Numbered from the stretch's first letter, positions 39,446-54,155 are shown. The stretch is DNA of 64,000 nucleotides from Eledone cirrhosa (GCA_964016885.1 OZ024753.1:7936001-8000000), one strand, 5' to 3'. Notes: a model not told the origin generated them from the letters alone. A program made the numbers and translations.

Positions 39446-40309
39446 TATACATAAGCAGGGAAAAGCAAGCGTAAAATGATGTTAATGATATATATATATA
39501 TATATATATATTTCCATGCTAGCGTGGAAAGTGGACGTTAAACGAGGATGATAATGATGATGATGATATATATATATATATATACATATGTATACATACA
39601 CACATATATATATATACATACATACATACATATGTACATACATATGTACATATGTACATATGTATGTATATATGTATGTGTAAATGTTTGTATGTATATA
39701 TGTATGTGTAAATGTTTGTATGTATATATGCTTATATATATATATATATATGCATATGCATGTATGTATAATAAACATGCATATAAATATATGCATGCAA
39801 TAAGTTGGACTTAGATGCCTATATTTGTATACACAGATATGTTTTTTTTACCTGCAAATGCACACAAACACTTATGCATATCTCTCTTTTACACACACAC
39901 ACACTCACACATTCACCTACACACACTCACACATTCACCTACACACTCACACATTCACCTACACACACACTCACACATTCACCTACACACACCCACACAC
40001 ACACAATGCTTTCAGAAATGAAAAAAAGTAATATAAAAAAAAAAACACAAATAAAAGCCTGGAAGAATGTTGGTGTTGCTGTTGTTACTTTTGTTGTTGT
40101 TGTTGCTACTGCGGCTACTGTTGTTGTTGTTGTTACTGCTGTTGTTGCTGCTATTGTTGTTGCTGCTGCTGCTGTTGTTGTTGTTAAACCCAAAATAAAA
40201 ATGTATTCTACTGACATATGTTATAATTGCTCTACAAGTGTGAGGCATTAAAGGATTTCTGGAAACTATCTGAGATTATATGGAATTACACTTACATATG
40301 TATATATAC

Positions 40310-40813
40310 ACACACCACACCACCACACCACACCACACCACCACACCACACCACCACACCACACCATACCACACACCATGCCACACACCATACCATACTA
40401 CACCACCATATTACACTACACCATACCACACACATACCACACCACACCATATTACACCACACCATACCACAATACATACCACACCACACTACACCACCAT
40501 ATTACACCACACCATACCACACACATACCACACCACACCACACATACACACCACACATACACACCACACCACACATACACACCACACCACACATACACAC
40601 CACACCACACCACACATACACACCACATACACACCACACCACACATACACACCACACCACACCACACCACACCACACCACACCACACCACACCACACATA
40701 CACACCACACCACACATACACACCACACATACACACCACACCACACATACACACCACACCACATATACACACCACACCACACCACACCACACATACACAC
40801 CACACACCACACC
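40310..40813. repeat. (CACCA)n-type repeat
   Basis: Direct inspection. Confidence 0.93.
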
Positions 40814-41655
40814 AGGCTTCAAGATGAGCTAATGAGCAGGAATACTGCTTGTTCAACATGTTAATTTTAGCATATTTTTCAAAATAAAACAAATCTTTCT
40901 TAACTTATTCACCGTAAAGGGGAGGGGGGTTATGGAGCGAGGATGGAGTGGAAGAGGGGGTGGGGGTGGTATGGAGAGAGAGGGGTTATGGAGTGAGGAG
41001 GGACACGAAGGGGGGAGGGAGGGAATGGAAGAGGTGGAGAGAGAGAGAGTGAGTGAGATTAAAAGAGAGAGGAAGGGAGAGGGATAGTATTTTACTATTT
41101 CTATTCCTTTTACATTATTTTGTTTGTGGCTTGTTTTGTTGTTTTGTTGTTTCTTTAGTTTTGTTGTTTTTAGTTAGTTTCTCTTTTGTTCTTTGTAAGT
41201 CTCTTGAGCTTCCAGTCCTTTCTCTCTCTCACTCTCTCTCACTTTCTTTCTCTCACTCTCTCTCACTTTCTTTCTCTCACTCTCTCTCACTTTCTTTCTC
41301 TCTCTCTCTCTCCTTTCACACACTCTCTCAATCTCTTCTCCAAATACTGTATCTCTCTCTCCCCCTCTCTCTCTCTCTCTCTCTCTCTCATTTCAAATTT
41401 ACTCTCCCCCCCACTTCTACCACCTCCCTCTCCTCGTCCACCCCCACACACCCCTCCTCTAATTCCACACTTTACTCCCCCACTTCTACCCCCTCCCAGC
41501 CCCCTCCCTATTACTGTTACAGTTCTCTCTTTCACTCCTCCTTATCCTCCATCTCACACACTAGTTCCATCTATGATAGTACACAAAGATATACACCAAT
41601 ATTCTAATGAATCCAAATGTCCCTAGACTGGTGATTATCTATATTGTATATATTT

Positions 41656-42015
41656 TGGTACACACAAGTAGGCATTAGGTTGTGTATATATGTGTGTGTA
41701 TATATGTGTGTATATATGTGTGTATATATGTGTGTATATATATTGGTACAAAGAAGTAGGCATTAGGTTGTGTATATATGTGTGTGTATATATGTGTGTA
41801 TATATGTGTGTATATATGTGTGTATATATATCGGTACAAAGAAGTAGGCATTAGGTTGTATATATGTGGGTATATATGTGTGTATATATATATATATCGG
41901 TACACACAAGTAGGCATTAGGTTATATATATGTGTGTATATATATATATATCGGTACAAAGAAGTAGGCATTAGGTTGTATATATATAGGTACATACACT
42001 TAGGCATTAGGTTAT
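41656..42015. repeat. Array of a motif of about 25 bp separated by TA/TG spacers (6 copies)
   Basis: GGTAC(A)AAGAAGTAGGCATTAGGTT recurs. Confidence 0.88.
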
Positions 42016-42323
42016 ATGTGTATGTATATATATATAAATTTATATATATATATATATCAGTATATAAAAGTTGGCATTACGTTATATATAAATATGTATA
42101 TACATATTTGTATACACAAATAGACAGTAGGTTTAACAAATCACCCAAATGTTCAAATAGCCATGATAAAAAGAAAAAAAAAAACTTTTATTTTAGTTTT
42201 GTTTCTTGTGTTAGAATATGACTATATATCGCCCAAAGTATTCACATGCAAGAGGTATCTGCCGTAGTATGTTGTCTGCCTCTTGGTCCAACTTCCTTCT
42301 TTCTATGTAAGTCTTCAGTACTA

Positions 42324-42637
42324 CATCATCATCATCATCATCGTTTTTGCGTCCGCTTTTCCCTGCTTGCAAGGGTGGAACGGGAACTGATTCTGGTTTG
42401 ATTTCTACAGCTGCATGCCCTTCCTAACACCAACCTCATTTACAGTGAGTGCTGGGTGATTTTTTGCCGTGGAATGATAAGGACCCCAGTCCCTATCATC
42501 TCATTTCTACAGCTGAGTAAACTGGAGCAATGTGAAATAAAGTGTCTTGCTCAAGGAAACAACACATCACCCGGTTTGAGAATTGAACTCACAACCTTTC
42601 GATTGTAAGGCCAATGCTCTAACCACTAAGCCATGTG

Positions 42638-42640
<3 letters not shown>
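42324..42640 (-). mobile_element. SINE-A copy with an internal deletion
   Basis: Homology. Confidence 0.9.
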
Positions 42641-42729
<89 letters not shown>

Positions 42730-42733
<4 letters not shown>

Positions 42734-42975
42734 GTTATACTTTGGGAGGGTCATGTTGCCAATAAGAAACACATGCACCAGTTGCTTTCACTTCAATTTA
42801 TTATAATAAATTTATAATAAATTTATAAATTTCTGGCTGGTTGGTTGGTTCCACAACCAGATAGTTGTTTATATATTGTCATAGTTCAACATGACCCTCC
42901 CAAAGTATAACAATATCGGTTTCAACACACGATTTCAGATAAAGAATCTTGCTAAACAAATTCAGAAACGAAATA
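42730..42975. mobile_element. Family D fold-back element between (TA)n tracts
   Basis: ATATTGTTATACTTTGGGAGGGTCATGTTG inverted at about 42887-42916. Confidence 0.7.
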
Positions 42976-42999
42976 TATATATATATATATATATAAACA

Positions 43000-43190
43000 A
43001 TAATTGTTTCTACTTTTGGCACAATGCCAGCAATTTACCAGTGTATTACTGGTACTTTATTTGATCAACCCCGTAAGGATGAAAGGCAAAGTTAACCTCG
43101 GCGGGATTTGAACCCAGACCGTAAAGGGACGTAACTCCATGCTTCAAAGCATGGTATCCAACTCTCTACCGATACTGCCAATCCACCACC
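43000..43190 (-). mobile_element. SINE-B copy
   Basis: Homology. Confidence 0.88.
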
Positions 43191-43406
43191 GTTCAGATAT
43201 AATATAATAATAATGATGAGTTTAACAGAAGTTGCTGCTGTGAGAAGCAGATTCGCAATAAATTACTCCTCAGATTAATCACAAAAGTTAGGTAAGTGAC
43301 ACAATGAAAAATGTGACCAGAGGCATGTTGTCACCTTAATATTACAACAATGAAAAATACAGACAGGTTAAAGACGAACCTGGACCTGATATATATATAT
43401 TATATT

Positions 43407-43600
43407 ACGAAGGAATTGTGGTAAGGAACCAGATGGACCATAACGCACCAAAGTACTCAATACTTAGGGTAGTAGAGTGGATAATAGGAACAAGTATGAC
43501 CCTGACGGCAGAGCTCAAGCCGTTTCGACGGCTATTTCTTGACGCAAATAGCCGTTGAAACAGCTTGAGCTCTGCCGTCGGGGTCATATTTGTTCCTATA
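43407..43600. mobile_element. Family B fold-back element
   Basis: About 43484-43537 inverted at 43545-43599. Confidence 0.8.
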
Positions 43601-44584
43601 TATTATATTATATATAATATACATACACACGTGTAACATAATGTATATATTTCCTATTTCTTCTCATAAATGTTGCGGATGTTCCAAAAATACTGCAATT
43701 TATCATATCCGTTCTCTATCTTATTGGTGAGCAGTAAAGAGATTTTGTCTAGGAAGAAAAATTGTTAAGTTTCCTGTGATGTTGGATATCAATTAAAGAG
43801 TGTTTATCCTTTGGTCTTTCTCAGTTAGCAGTTAGTCATTTCATTAGATCTATGGACAATTTAGCCTCTTATATACTTTATAACGATTAATTACTCTGTG
43901 TGATGTGTGTGTGTGGTGCTGATATGATAGAAATTTAATTAAGCTTGAAAATGTCTGGACATATGAACTAGTATAATGTTAAGTTTATATTAAGTGATGT
44001 TGGTGCCTGAGGTTGTTTAGCCCTTACTAGTTAACCATGATTCAGCTGAGCTATGATCAAAGCTGTTCCTCCATCCCATTCTACCATTTCTACATCAGCT
44101 TGTTATTTTTATTTTTTATTTTTATTTTTTTCAGGCTAGTTTATCTAGGATTATGTTTACAGTATGAGGGTCGGCTCAAATGTTCATAGGCTAGCTGTGA
44201 AGGAGTGATGCTAGAGCTGTGACATCTATCTTGCATTAATTTCAACTTTACTTATTAATAACTGCATTGTTTCTCTCCAGGGACTATTTTGATAAATAAA
44301 CCTCATTTGTAGACTCGTACAGGCTCGCCTCTTATCTCCCTTTGTTGTGGGACTCTTCTTTGTCATAAATGAGTCTTGAACATTCTTTGCTTTTCTCAAG
44401 ACTTTATTTCTAAGTTCGCAGCACATCTGTGTCCCTGAGTAAGTCATTTGCAAAGTGACAAAAGGGCTTTGACGTCTAGCAAAGAAGAGTTTTTCACAAC
44501 AAAGGGAAATGATATAATAGTATATTAAATATCAAATGATACATATTATATATAAATATATTAAAATAAAAAATATATAATATT

Positions 44585-44830
44585 TTATTCAACATTACAC
44601 CCAACACATTAAAACAGAAACAGACCCCATAAAGTTCAAGAAGTCTTTGGACAAATTCCTTCAAGAAATCCTGGATAAACCTCCTACACCTGGATATATC
44701 TCCACAAACAATAACTCCCTTATTGAGTGGGCCATGGTGTCCAAATCCTGATTTGTAAAACTTCACCAGGTAGTGCTATTAAGTTAGACATGGCCTGGGC
44801 CAATACTGACCAAACTTATCAAAGTTATCA
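44585..44830 (+). mobile_element. CR1-group LINE 3' fragment
   Basis: TDPIKFKKSLDKFLQEILDKPPTPGYISTNNNSLIEWA matches the FK..LDKFL..I.D.P..PGY....NSL C-terminus. Confidence 0.7.
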
Positions 44831-45130
44831 TAGTATATATTATTTATTATATTATTATTTATTATATTATTTATTATATTATTTATTATATTATTATTTA
44901 TTATATCATTATTTATTTTATTATTTATTATATTATTATTTATTATATTATTTATTATATTATTTATTATATTATTATTTATTATATCATTATTTATTTT
45001 ATTATTTATTATATTATTATTTATTATATTATTTATTATATTATTATTTATTATATCATTATTTATTTTATTATTTATTATATTATTATTTATTATATTA
45101 TTTAGTATATATTATTTATTATATATAATT

Positions 45131-45322
45131 GGGCGGTGGATTGGTAGTATAAGTAGAGGGTTGGACACCATGCTTTCCAGCATAGTTACATTCCTTTGCG
45201 GTCTGAGTTCAAATCCCGCCAAGGTTAACTTTGCCTTTCATCCTTATGGGGTCGATAAAATAAAGTACCAGTAATGTACTGGGTAATTGATGGCCTTGTG
45301 CCAAAAGTAGAAACAATTATTT
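45131..45322 (+). mobile_element. SINE-B copy
   Basis: Homology. Confidence 0.9.
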
Positions 45323-46135
45323 ATTATATATAAATTAACAATTTTATTTATTATCTATTATTTAAAATTTGTGTATAGGTAGGTCTCTCTGGAAATAGGT
45401 TTGGGAGGTGCTGAGGGTATAACAGGGTTGTGAAGGGGGCAGTGGCCCAAATGTTTGAGAACCTCTGGTATAGATTAAATAGATGGCTCTTACCCAGGGT
45501 ACCACACTATAGGATTGAAACAAAGGCATGTGGTTACGTTGTAGAGTTTTTATTAACTCAATGATATTACCTGCATCTGTCAGTGTTTTTCCAGACAATC
45601 ATTGTTGTCCGTCAAATAAAATATCTACCTCCATAGCTCAAAGATGTACAAACTAATGAAACACCTAAATCTGTCTAACAATCTCTTTCTCGTTCTTCAT
45701 TACTTGCTCACTGTCTCTCTGTCTCTCTCTCTCTCATTCTCTCTCCTCCTCTCTCTCTCTCATTCTCTCTCCTCCTCTCTCTCTCTCATTCTCTCTCCTC
45801 CTCTCTCTCTCTCATTCTCTCTCCTCTCTCTCTCTCATTCTCTCTCCTCCTCTATCTCCCTCTCTCCTCTATCTCCCTCTCTCCTCTATCTCCCTCTCTC
45901 CGCTATCATTCTATCTCCTCTATCTCCCTCTCTCCTCTATCTCCCTCTCTCCGCTATCTCCTTCACTCCGCTATCATTCTCTCTCCTCTCTCTTTCTCTT
46001 TTCTTCAACACCATGTTTTACTGAGTAATTGTTTGTTTTATTCTGTAACTCCCTGTGTAATTATATGTCTGTCTATCTATTTATCTCACTATCTGCTCAT
46101 CAATTTGTCTGTCTATCTAATATTTTATCTATCTC

Positions 46136-47692
46136 TTAACCCTTTACCATTCACATTACTCTATATATACTATTGTATTTTCATGGTAAAGTCTTTACCT
46201 CACATAATATTTCACATAACATTCACATTACTCTATATATACTATTGTATTTTCATGGTAAAGTCTTTACCTCACATAATATTTCACATAACATTCACAT
46301 TACTCTATATATACTATTGTATTTTCATGGTAAAGTCTTTACCTCACATAATATTTCACATAACATTCACATTACTCTATATATACTATTATATTTTCAT
46401 GGTAAAGGCTTTACCTCACATAATATCTTGCATAACATTTATATTACTCTATATATACTATTGTATTTTCACAGTAAAGGCTTTACCTCACATAATATCT
46501 CACATAACATTTACATTACTCTATATATACTATTGTATTTTCACAGTAAAGGCTTTACCTCACATAATATCTCACATAACATTTACATTACTCTATATAT
46601 ACTATTGTATTTTCAAGGTAAAGGCTTCACCTCACATAATATCTCACATAACATTCACATTACTCTATATATACTATTATATTTTCATGGTAAAGGCTTT
46701 ACCTCACATAATATCTCACATAACATTTACATTACTCTATATATACTATTGTATTTTCATGGTAAAGCCTTTACCTCACATAATATCTCACATAACATTT
46801 ACATTACTCTATATATACTATTGTATTTTCATGGTAAAGTCTTTACCTCACATAATATCTCACATAACATTTACATTACTCTATATATACTATTGTATTT
46901 TCATGGTAAAGTCTTTACCTTACATAATATCTCACATAACATTTACATTACTCTACATTTACTATTGTATTTTCATGGTAAAGGCTTTACCTCACATAAT
47001 ATCTCGCATAACATTTACATTACTCTATATATACTATTGTATTTTCATGGTAAAGTCTTTACCTCACATAATATCTCACATAACATTTACATTACTCTAT
47101 ATATACTATTGTATTTTCATGGTAAAGTCTTTACCTCACATAACATTTACATTACTCTACATTTACTATTGTATTTTCATGGTAAAGGCTTTACCTCACA
47201 TAATATCTCACATAACATTTACATTACTCTATATATACTATTGTATTTTCATGGTAAAGGCTTTACCTCACATAATATCTCACATAACATTTACATTACT
47301 CTACATTTACTATTGTATTTTCATGGTAAAGGCTTTACCTCACATAATATCTCACATAACATTTACATTACTCTATATATACTATTGTATTTTCATGGTA
47401 AAGGCTTTACCTCACATAATATCTCACATAACATTTACATTACTCTATATATACTATTGTATTTTCACAGTAAAGGCTTTACCTCACATAATATCTCACA
47501 TAATATTTACATTACTCTATATATACTATTGTATTTTCACAGTAAAGGCTTTACCTCACATAATATCTCCCATAATATTTACATTACTCTACATTTACTA
47601 TTGTATTTTCATGGTAAAGGCTTTACCTCACATAATATCTCACATAACATTTACATTACTCTATATATACTATTGTATTTTCATGGTAAAGG
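46136..47692 (+). repeat. 72-bp minisatellite (about 21-22 copies) derived from the piggyBac-like MITE left end
   Basis: Starts TTAACCCTTTACCATTCACATTACTCT; unit ACATTACTCTATATATACTATTGTATTTTCATGGTAAAGGCTTTACCTCACATAATATCTCACATAACATTT. Confidence 0.93.
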
Positions 47693-47844
47693 TAGGTAGA
47701 CAGGTGGATAGACAGAAGTCTATCCACCAGTCTACCTACCTACCCACCTGTTTGTCTACCTACCCACCAGTCTGTCTATCTACCCATCCATCTCACCACC
47801 TAACCACCCCCAGTATGTCTGTCTATCTCTCTATTAATCAGTAT

Positions 47845-47960
47845 TGTTAATTTTATATTTGCTATTTGTTTTTTACTCGTTCTTTTATGTAAACCCCCCC
47901 CCCCTCTGTATTTGTCCCCTTCTTTTGTACCCTCATGGCCAATAAATAGAAACTTATCTA
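47845..47960 (+). mobile_element. Short L1/Tx1-like 3' end with a 15-bp target-site duplication
   Basis: TCTATTAATCAGTAT at 47830-47844 and 47961-47975; CCTCATGGCCAATAAA ending. Confidence 0.65.
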
Positions 47961-47981
47961 TCTATTAATCAGTATATCTGT

Positions 47982-48028
<47 letters not shown>

Positions 48029-48888
48029 GCCATCTAGTCAGCCAGCCACCTATCTATACACACAAATACATCATCATCATCATCATCATCATCATCATTA
48101 ATACAAACTCATGTACTTCTCTCATATAATAAACATCAAGTTTAGTTAAACCTCTGTCTGTGTTTATATATCAAAGAAACTTGTCATACAAGTCTTTTGA
48201 TGAGCTGATATATTTCAGATCAAAATTGCTTTCCCATTCTTCACTATATTCTATAGTATCATGATTTATATTCCTATCTACATTCATAAGTTGACTGGTG
48301 AGGGGTTTTTTTTTTCTTTTTTTTTTTCTACCTTGCCACTGTTTAGACTCTCATCCTTTGCATCAGCATCTGAGGAGAAAGTTGAATAAGAAAACAAAAC
48401 AGATACATTTAGTAAATAGCATTTTATGATAGGAATTACCTCAGAATTAATTTATTTGTATAATAATAACTGAAAAAAAAAAAAAAAAATAGAAATTCTC
48501 AACTGAAAGTGTAAAAAGAATTTCTTAAATATCCTGTAACATATGTGGTTTTAAGGGTTATAAATAACCTGCATCTTACAGAGAAAATTTTGTATTTTTC
48601 TTCAATTCAAAGGATACTTTGTCACAATTTGAATAAGCGTCATAATTTATGAGTTCCTCATCTTCCTTAACATAGCCAACATATAACATTTTCAAAGCAA
48701 GGATTCTTATATTCATGTTAGGAATTTGAAATAAATAAATACTCACATACAAAGGAATAAGACAGTTTCCAAAAGTTAGGAACTCTTAAAACACCATTTA
48801 GTGTTTTGATGGATGCTGGCATAGCTGAATGGTTAATAAGTTTGTTTCATGATCTGAAGGCCAGAGATTATAATATAACTAGACATTA

Positions 48889-49075
48889 TAATTGTTTCTA
48901 CTTTTGGCACAAGGCCAGCAATTACCCCAGTGTATTACTGGTACTTTATTTTATCGACCCCGTAAGGATGAAAGGCAAAGTTAACCTCGGCGGGATTTGA
49001 ACTCAGATTGGCAAGGGCCATAACTCTATGCGTCAAAGCATGGCGTCTGACCCTCTATCGATACTGCCAATCCAA
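48889..49075 (-). mobile_element. SINE-B copy
   Basis: Homology; CTAGACATTATAAT direct repeat on both sides. Confidence 0.9.
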
Positions 49076-49264
49076 TCCAGCTAGACATTATAATATTAAT
49101 ATAGCTAGAGATTATAATATAGCTTAGAAACAACAAAACAACTGACACTCAATCCATATGACAGGTGCAATGTGTCTGAACACAGAGGAGCCAAACTCCC
49201 ACTGTCATCGCCCCCATCTCTCTCGCCCTCCCCATTTCTCTGCATAATGAACAAATGGGGTCTT

Positions 49265-49400
49265 ACGTGCTGGCCACCCCACAGCCCCGGCGGACAAGAA
49301 TGGAGAAGGCGTTTCCCCAGAGGATGGTAAGGGAGATGCGCTGGAAGAACCATTCCAAAGGTTTCAGATGTGATTCTGCTGCATGACATCTTGGGCAATT
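49265..49400 (-). mobile_element. CRE-like retrotransposon 3' fragment
   Basis: LEWFFQRISLTILWGNAFSIL. Confidence 0.7.
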
Positions 49401-49516
49401 GTTTGGTAGTACATTACTGGTATTATATTTTACCAACACTGGAATGAGATAAATAAAGTTAGCCCTGGTTAACATTTGAATTCAGAAATTATAAAGAAGT
49501 AACTAAATAGGTAGTA

Positions 49517-49622
49517 TTCCCGCCGAGGTTGACTTTGCCTTTCATCCTTATGGGGTCGATGAAATAAAGTACCAGTAATGTACTGGGTAATTGCTGGCCT
49601 TGTGCCTAAAGTAGAAACAATT
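49517..49622 (+). mobile_element. SINE-B, truncated
   Basis: Homology. Confidence 0.85.
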
Positions 49623-50892
49623 TTCTGACATTCTACTGAGTCTACCATCAATAGAATAAAAAAACATTGACATATATTTTGAGGATAACACTTTGTGTAT
49701 GTAATTATTTAAAAAAACTACAAAAATACTTGATGTTAACTGCCTATAAAACATCTTATGAGTACGAGATACTTGAACAAAAGGCAGCTACATTTTTTAT
49801 TTTAATTTCTGATAATGAAATATTTATATGAAGCTAAAAAAACTAATGAATATTCAATGATATAATATGACAGCTTGTTGACAAAATAATGATATAATGT
49901 TGAACTAATGTTTATATAATGTAGCACAAATTTCACTTTATATTTTCAATCTTAAATAACTTCTTTTTATTTTTTGTTATGAAAAATGTAAAGAAATCTA
50001 CATTTTAGATATAATTTTTACTTTGGAAATGACTTTGAACTAAATGTGGAATATATGTGTCTGTGTGTGTGTGTATATATATATATATATGTATATGTAT
50101 GCATGTGTGTGTGGATGTGTGCGTGTAAATATATATGTGTGTATTTGTGTGTGAATGAACTGGTAACATCTGATGGAGTCGGAGGAGGTGAAGAAGGGAC
50201 TTAGGCATTTTAAACCTGATAGAGCCCATCCACTTCCCGGGTCTAAACACAGCCAAGTTCTTACAGAACCAAATCCAGATAAGGAGAAATAGTGATAGAC
50301 AGGAATCGAGAAATTGATATAGAAGAACCAATCTTAGTACTAGACTATTGATCTTGAAAGGATGAAAGGCAAAGTTGACCTCAGCAGGACTTGATCTCAT
50401 AGTGCACAGAGCTGGAATGTATACTGTAAAGCATTCTAGAATAATTCTGCCAATTTGCTGCCTTAGACCATATATAACTTTTTAAAAATGTAATGAAATC
50501 TACCCTTTAGATATATGTATTTTTGACCTTGGAAATTAAATTGAACTATCGTACATACTTGAATATTAACTGATCCAGACATAAGCTGATTCTCTCTTTT
50601 ATGTCTGAGAAATTGGTAAAATTCCAAATCTTGTTTAGAAACCAAGGATGGCAATCAAGACATTACATTTAGATGATGCTGTTTCGAAATTCTCATGAGT
50701 GGAAAATATATTTATGAATTTTTAATATTTTCTTATTTAAAAACTTTTAAGTGACGTTTAAAGTATAGTTTTTGTTTCACAACTCCATAACCTAATAATA
50801 ATTTTTTTTTTACCAATTTTTGACTATTTTTAAGACCATATTCATTCAAAACATAAAAAAAAAAAACAATGGAAAATATGAATTTCACGATG

Positions 50893-51016
50893 AAAGTGAA
50901 ACTGGTGTAATATTTATCTCCAAAATAAAACTGGTGTAATATTCACCTCCAAAGTGAAACCGGTGTAATATTCACCTCCAAAGTGAAACTGGTGTAATAT
51001 TCATCTCCAAAATGAA
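50893..51016. repeat. 29-bp tandem repeat, 4 copies
   Basis: AAACTGGTGTAATATTCACCTCCAAAGTG. Confidence 0.9.
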
Positions 51017-51189
51017 AACCTTTTAGCACCTTATTTATGTAGAATTTTGAAGTTGGTGAAAATTGGGAAATGATTGACCTTGTGACCTTGAATATAAGCC
51101 AAACCCTACATTTTACCATCAATTTATATTTTGTTACATATTTCTCAGATTATATACAGTAATTGTAGAATGTAACATCCAACAAATCT

Positions 51190-51800
51190 CTCCCATTTCC
51201 AACTGCCCCATGTCAAACCAACCATCATTGTCCATGTGCATCACATGTCCAAACCAATGCAGTCTTCTCTCCTGCACACCACCTCCAATTCCTCTTAAGC
51301 CCAGCCTCTTCTTCAACTCGTCCAAACTCTGCTTCCCTCTCATACTTACATTGCACATCCAATGAAACATGGTTGCTTCATTTCTCTCCAGTCTATGCTT
51401 GTCCTCTGCAGTCACAGCCCATATTTAACTACCAAGCAGCATTGCACTTTGCACACAGGTGTCATACAGTCATCTCTTTGTACATAGGGAGAAACCTTTT
51501 GTGGTCAACAGTAAGAGTAGCTCTCTGAACTTTTTAATTTATTTCTCCCAAATTGTAGAATATTAATGTATCATTTCTAAGTTTATCAGTTCAGTGATAA
51601 TGATTGTTGCTTTCATTTATATATCCTATAATGCTTGCTTACACACATAGAGCAAGTTGGATCTAGATTGAACTTTTTCCATTCTATCCTTATTCTAGCT
51701 ATTATGTTCTCAGAACACCCTCCTCTGTTGCTAATTACGTTGCCTAGATAACAGAAGCTATCAACCACTTCTATGGGTCGTTCCTACGACCAAAATAGGT
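51190..51800 (-). mobile_element. Degraded RTE LINE fragment, interrupted at 51536-51668
   Basis: PIEVVDSFCYLGNVISNRGGCSENIIARIRIEWKKF / ...RLERNEATMFHWMCNV...RRLHWFGHVMHM. Confidence 0.88.
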
Positions 51801-52534
51801 TTTCATCACTGGCTTTCTTTCCCTCGGTTAATCTTGTACATCTTCTACAAACAAAGTCTTCCCTTCTTTTTAGCTCATATATATATACAGTCTAACCCAT
51901 GCTAGCATGGAAGAATGGACGTAAAACGGTGATGATGATGATGATGATGATGATGACGATATACTATATTTATTTCTCCCAAATTGTAGAATATTAATGT
52001 ATCATTTCTATGTTTATCAGTTCAGTGATAATGATTGTTGCTTTCAGTTATATATCCTATAATGCTTGCTTACACACATAGAGCAAGTTGGATCTAGATT
52101 AGCAACAGTAAAATTATAGCCACCATCTTGTTATTGCTATTGCTATTAACTTAGATATATCTGATATTTTTATATTTATTTATCCGAAATTGTGGAGCAT
52201 TAATGCATTATTTCTCTGTTCATCAATTTATGAAATATGTTTATGTATGGGATATTATTATTTATTGTCGCTGAAAATTTCTATCAGATATATTCAGAAT
52301 GAAAATAGAAAATGGCACTCTCTGGCAATTGGTCTTTCATCTTGTGTTCTTTTCTTTAACTTGCATAATGCATGTCTTTCTCTCTTGCTTTTCAACATAG
52401 ATTGAAGCCTCAAGTGTATGAAATTATTCCGAATTTTATGATACTTGCTTTAAATTACAAAATAGCTTGATGTCTATTCATAGAATTTAAATGGCAACAG
52501 TGTCGTAGTTTACCAAATACTCATATCAGCGTGT

Positions 52535-53535
52535 ACATATTAACACACACACATATACATATTAACACACACACACACACATACATATACACACACTTAT
52601 ACATATTAACACACACACACACACATACATATACACACACTTATATATATTAACACACACACACATTAATACATATTAACACACACACACATATACACAC
52701 TTATACATATTAACACATACACACACATATACACACACATATACATACACTTACAGATATTAACACACACACACACACACATACACACACATATACACAC
52801 ACTTATACATATTAACACATACACACATACATATTAATACCTACATACATACAAACATATTAGCACACATGCACATACTCATACATATTAAGACACATAT
52901 TAACATATACTTGCATGCATATTAACACATACATACATACATACATACATATTAACACATTAACACATACATATATACATATTAACACATACATATATAC
53001 ATATTAACACATACATATATACATATTAACACATACATATATACATATTAACACATACATATATACATATTAACACATACATATATACATATTAACACAT
53101 ACATATTAACACATACATATATATACATATTAACACATACATATATATACATATTAACACATACATATATATACATATTAACACATACATATATATACAT
53201 ATTAACACATACATATATATACATATTAACACATACATATATATATATACATATTAACACATACACATATATACATATTAAAACATACATATATATACAT
53301 ATTAACACATACATATATACATATTAACACATTAACACATACATATATACATATTAACACATACATATATACATATTAACACATACATATATACATATTA
53401 ACACATACATATATATTAACACACTCATACATACATATACATATACATATACATACATACATATACATACATACATATACATACATACATATACATACAT
53501 ATACATACATACATATACATACATACATATTAACA
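52535..53535. repeat. ACATATTAACAC-based minisatellite
   Basis: Direct inspection. Confidence 0.92.
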
Positions 53536-53616
53536 CACAAATACATGTATACATATTACCATATACATATACACACATTTCATGCATAATAATGTTGAAT
53601 ACATACATGTATTACA

Positions 53617-54105
53617 TGGAAGCTGTGTACGTGTGTGTGTGTGTCTTTATATAGAAGCAGTGTGTGTGTGTCTTTATATAGAATCTGTGTGTGTGCCTTT
53701 ATATAGAAGCAGTGTGTGTGTGTGTGTCTTTATATAGAATCTGTGTGTGTGTCTTTATATAGAAGCAGTGTGTGTGTGTGTGTCTTTATATAGAAGCTGT
53801 GTGTGTGTCTTTATATAGAAGCAGTGTGTGTGTGTGTGTCTTTATATAGAAGCTGTGTGTGTGTCTTTATATAGAAGCAGTGTGTGTGTGTGTCTTTATA
53901 TAGAAGCTGTGTGTGTGTCTTTATATAGAAGCAGTGTGTGTGTGTCTTTATATAGAAGCAGTGTGTGTGTGTCTTTATATAGAAGCAGTGTGTGTGTGTG
54001 TCCTTATATAGAAGCTGCGTGTGTCCTTATATAGAAGCTGTGTGTGTGTGTCTTTATATAGAAGCTGTGTATGTGTGTGTGTGTGTGTGTGTCTTTATAT
54101 AGAAG

Positions 54106-54155
<50 letters not shown>

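Noticed and set aside
41656-42015. CRISPR-like repeat-spacer appearance (also 53617-54738 and 56465-56830)
   Set aside because: Spacers are microsatellites rather than unique sequences, there are no cas genes, and the context is eukaryotic
43229-43297. AG|GTAAGT donor with a short open frame
   Set aside because: Weak acceptor, and it lies between repeats; insufficient evidence for an exon
45430-45470. Possible hAT terminal sequence GTTTGAGAACCTCTG
   Set aside because: No matching opposite TIR or 8-bp target duplication found nearby
46033-47850. 605-aa and 508-aa ORFs
   Set aside because: Read-through of a 72-bp MITE-derived satellite; no domain, splice or composition support
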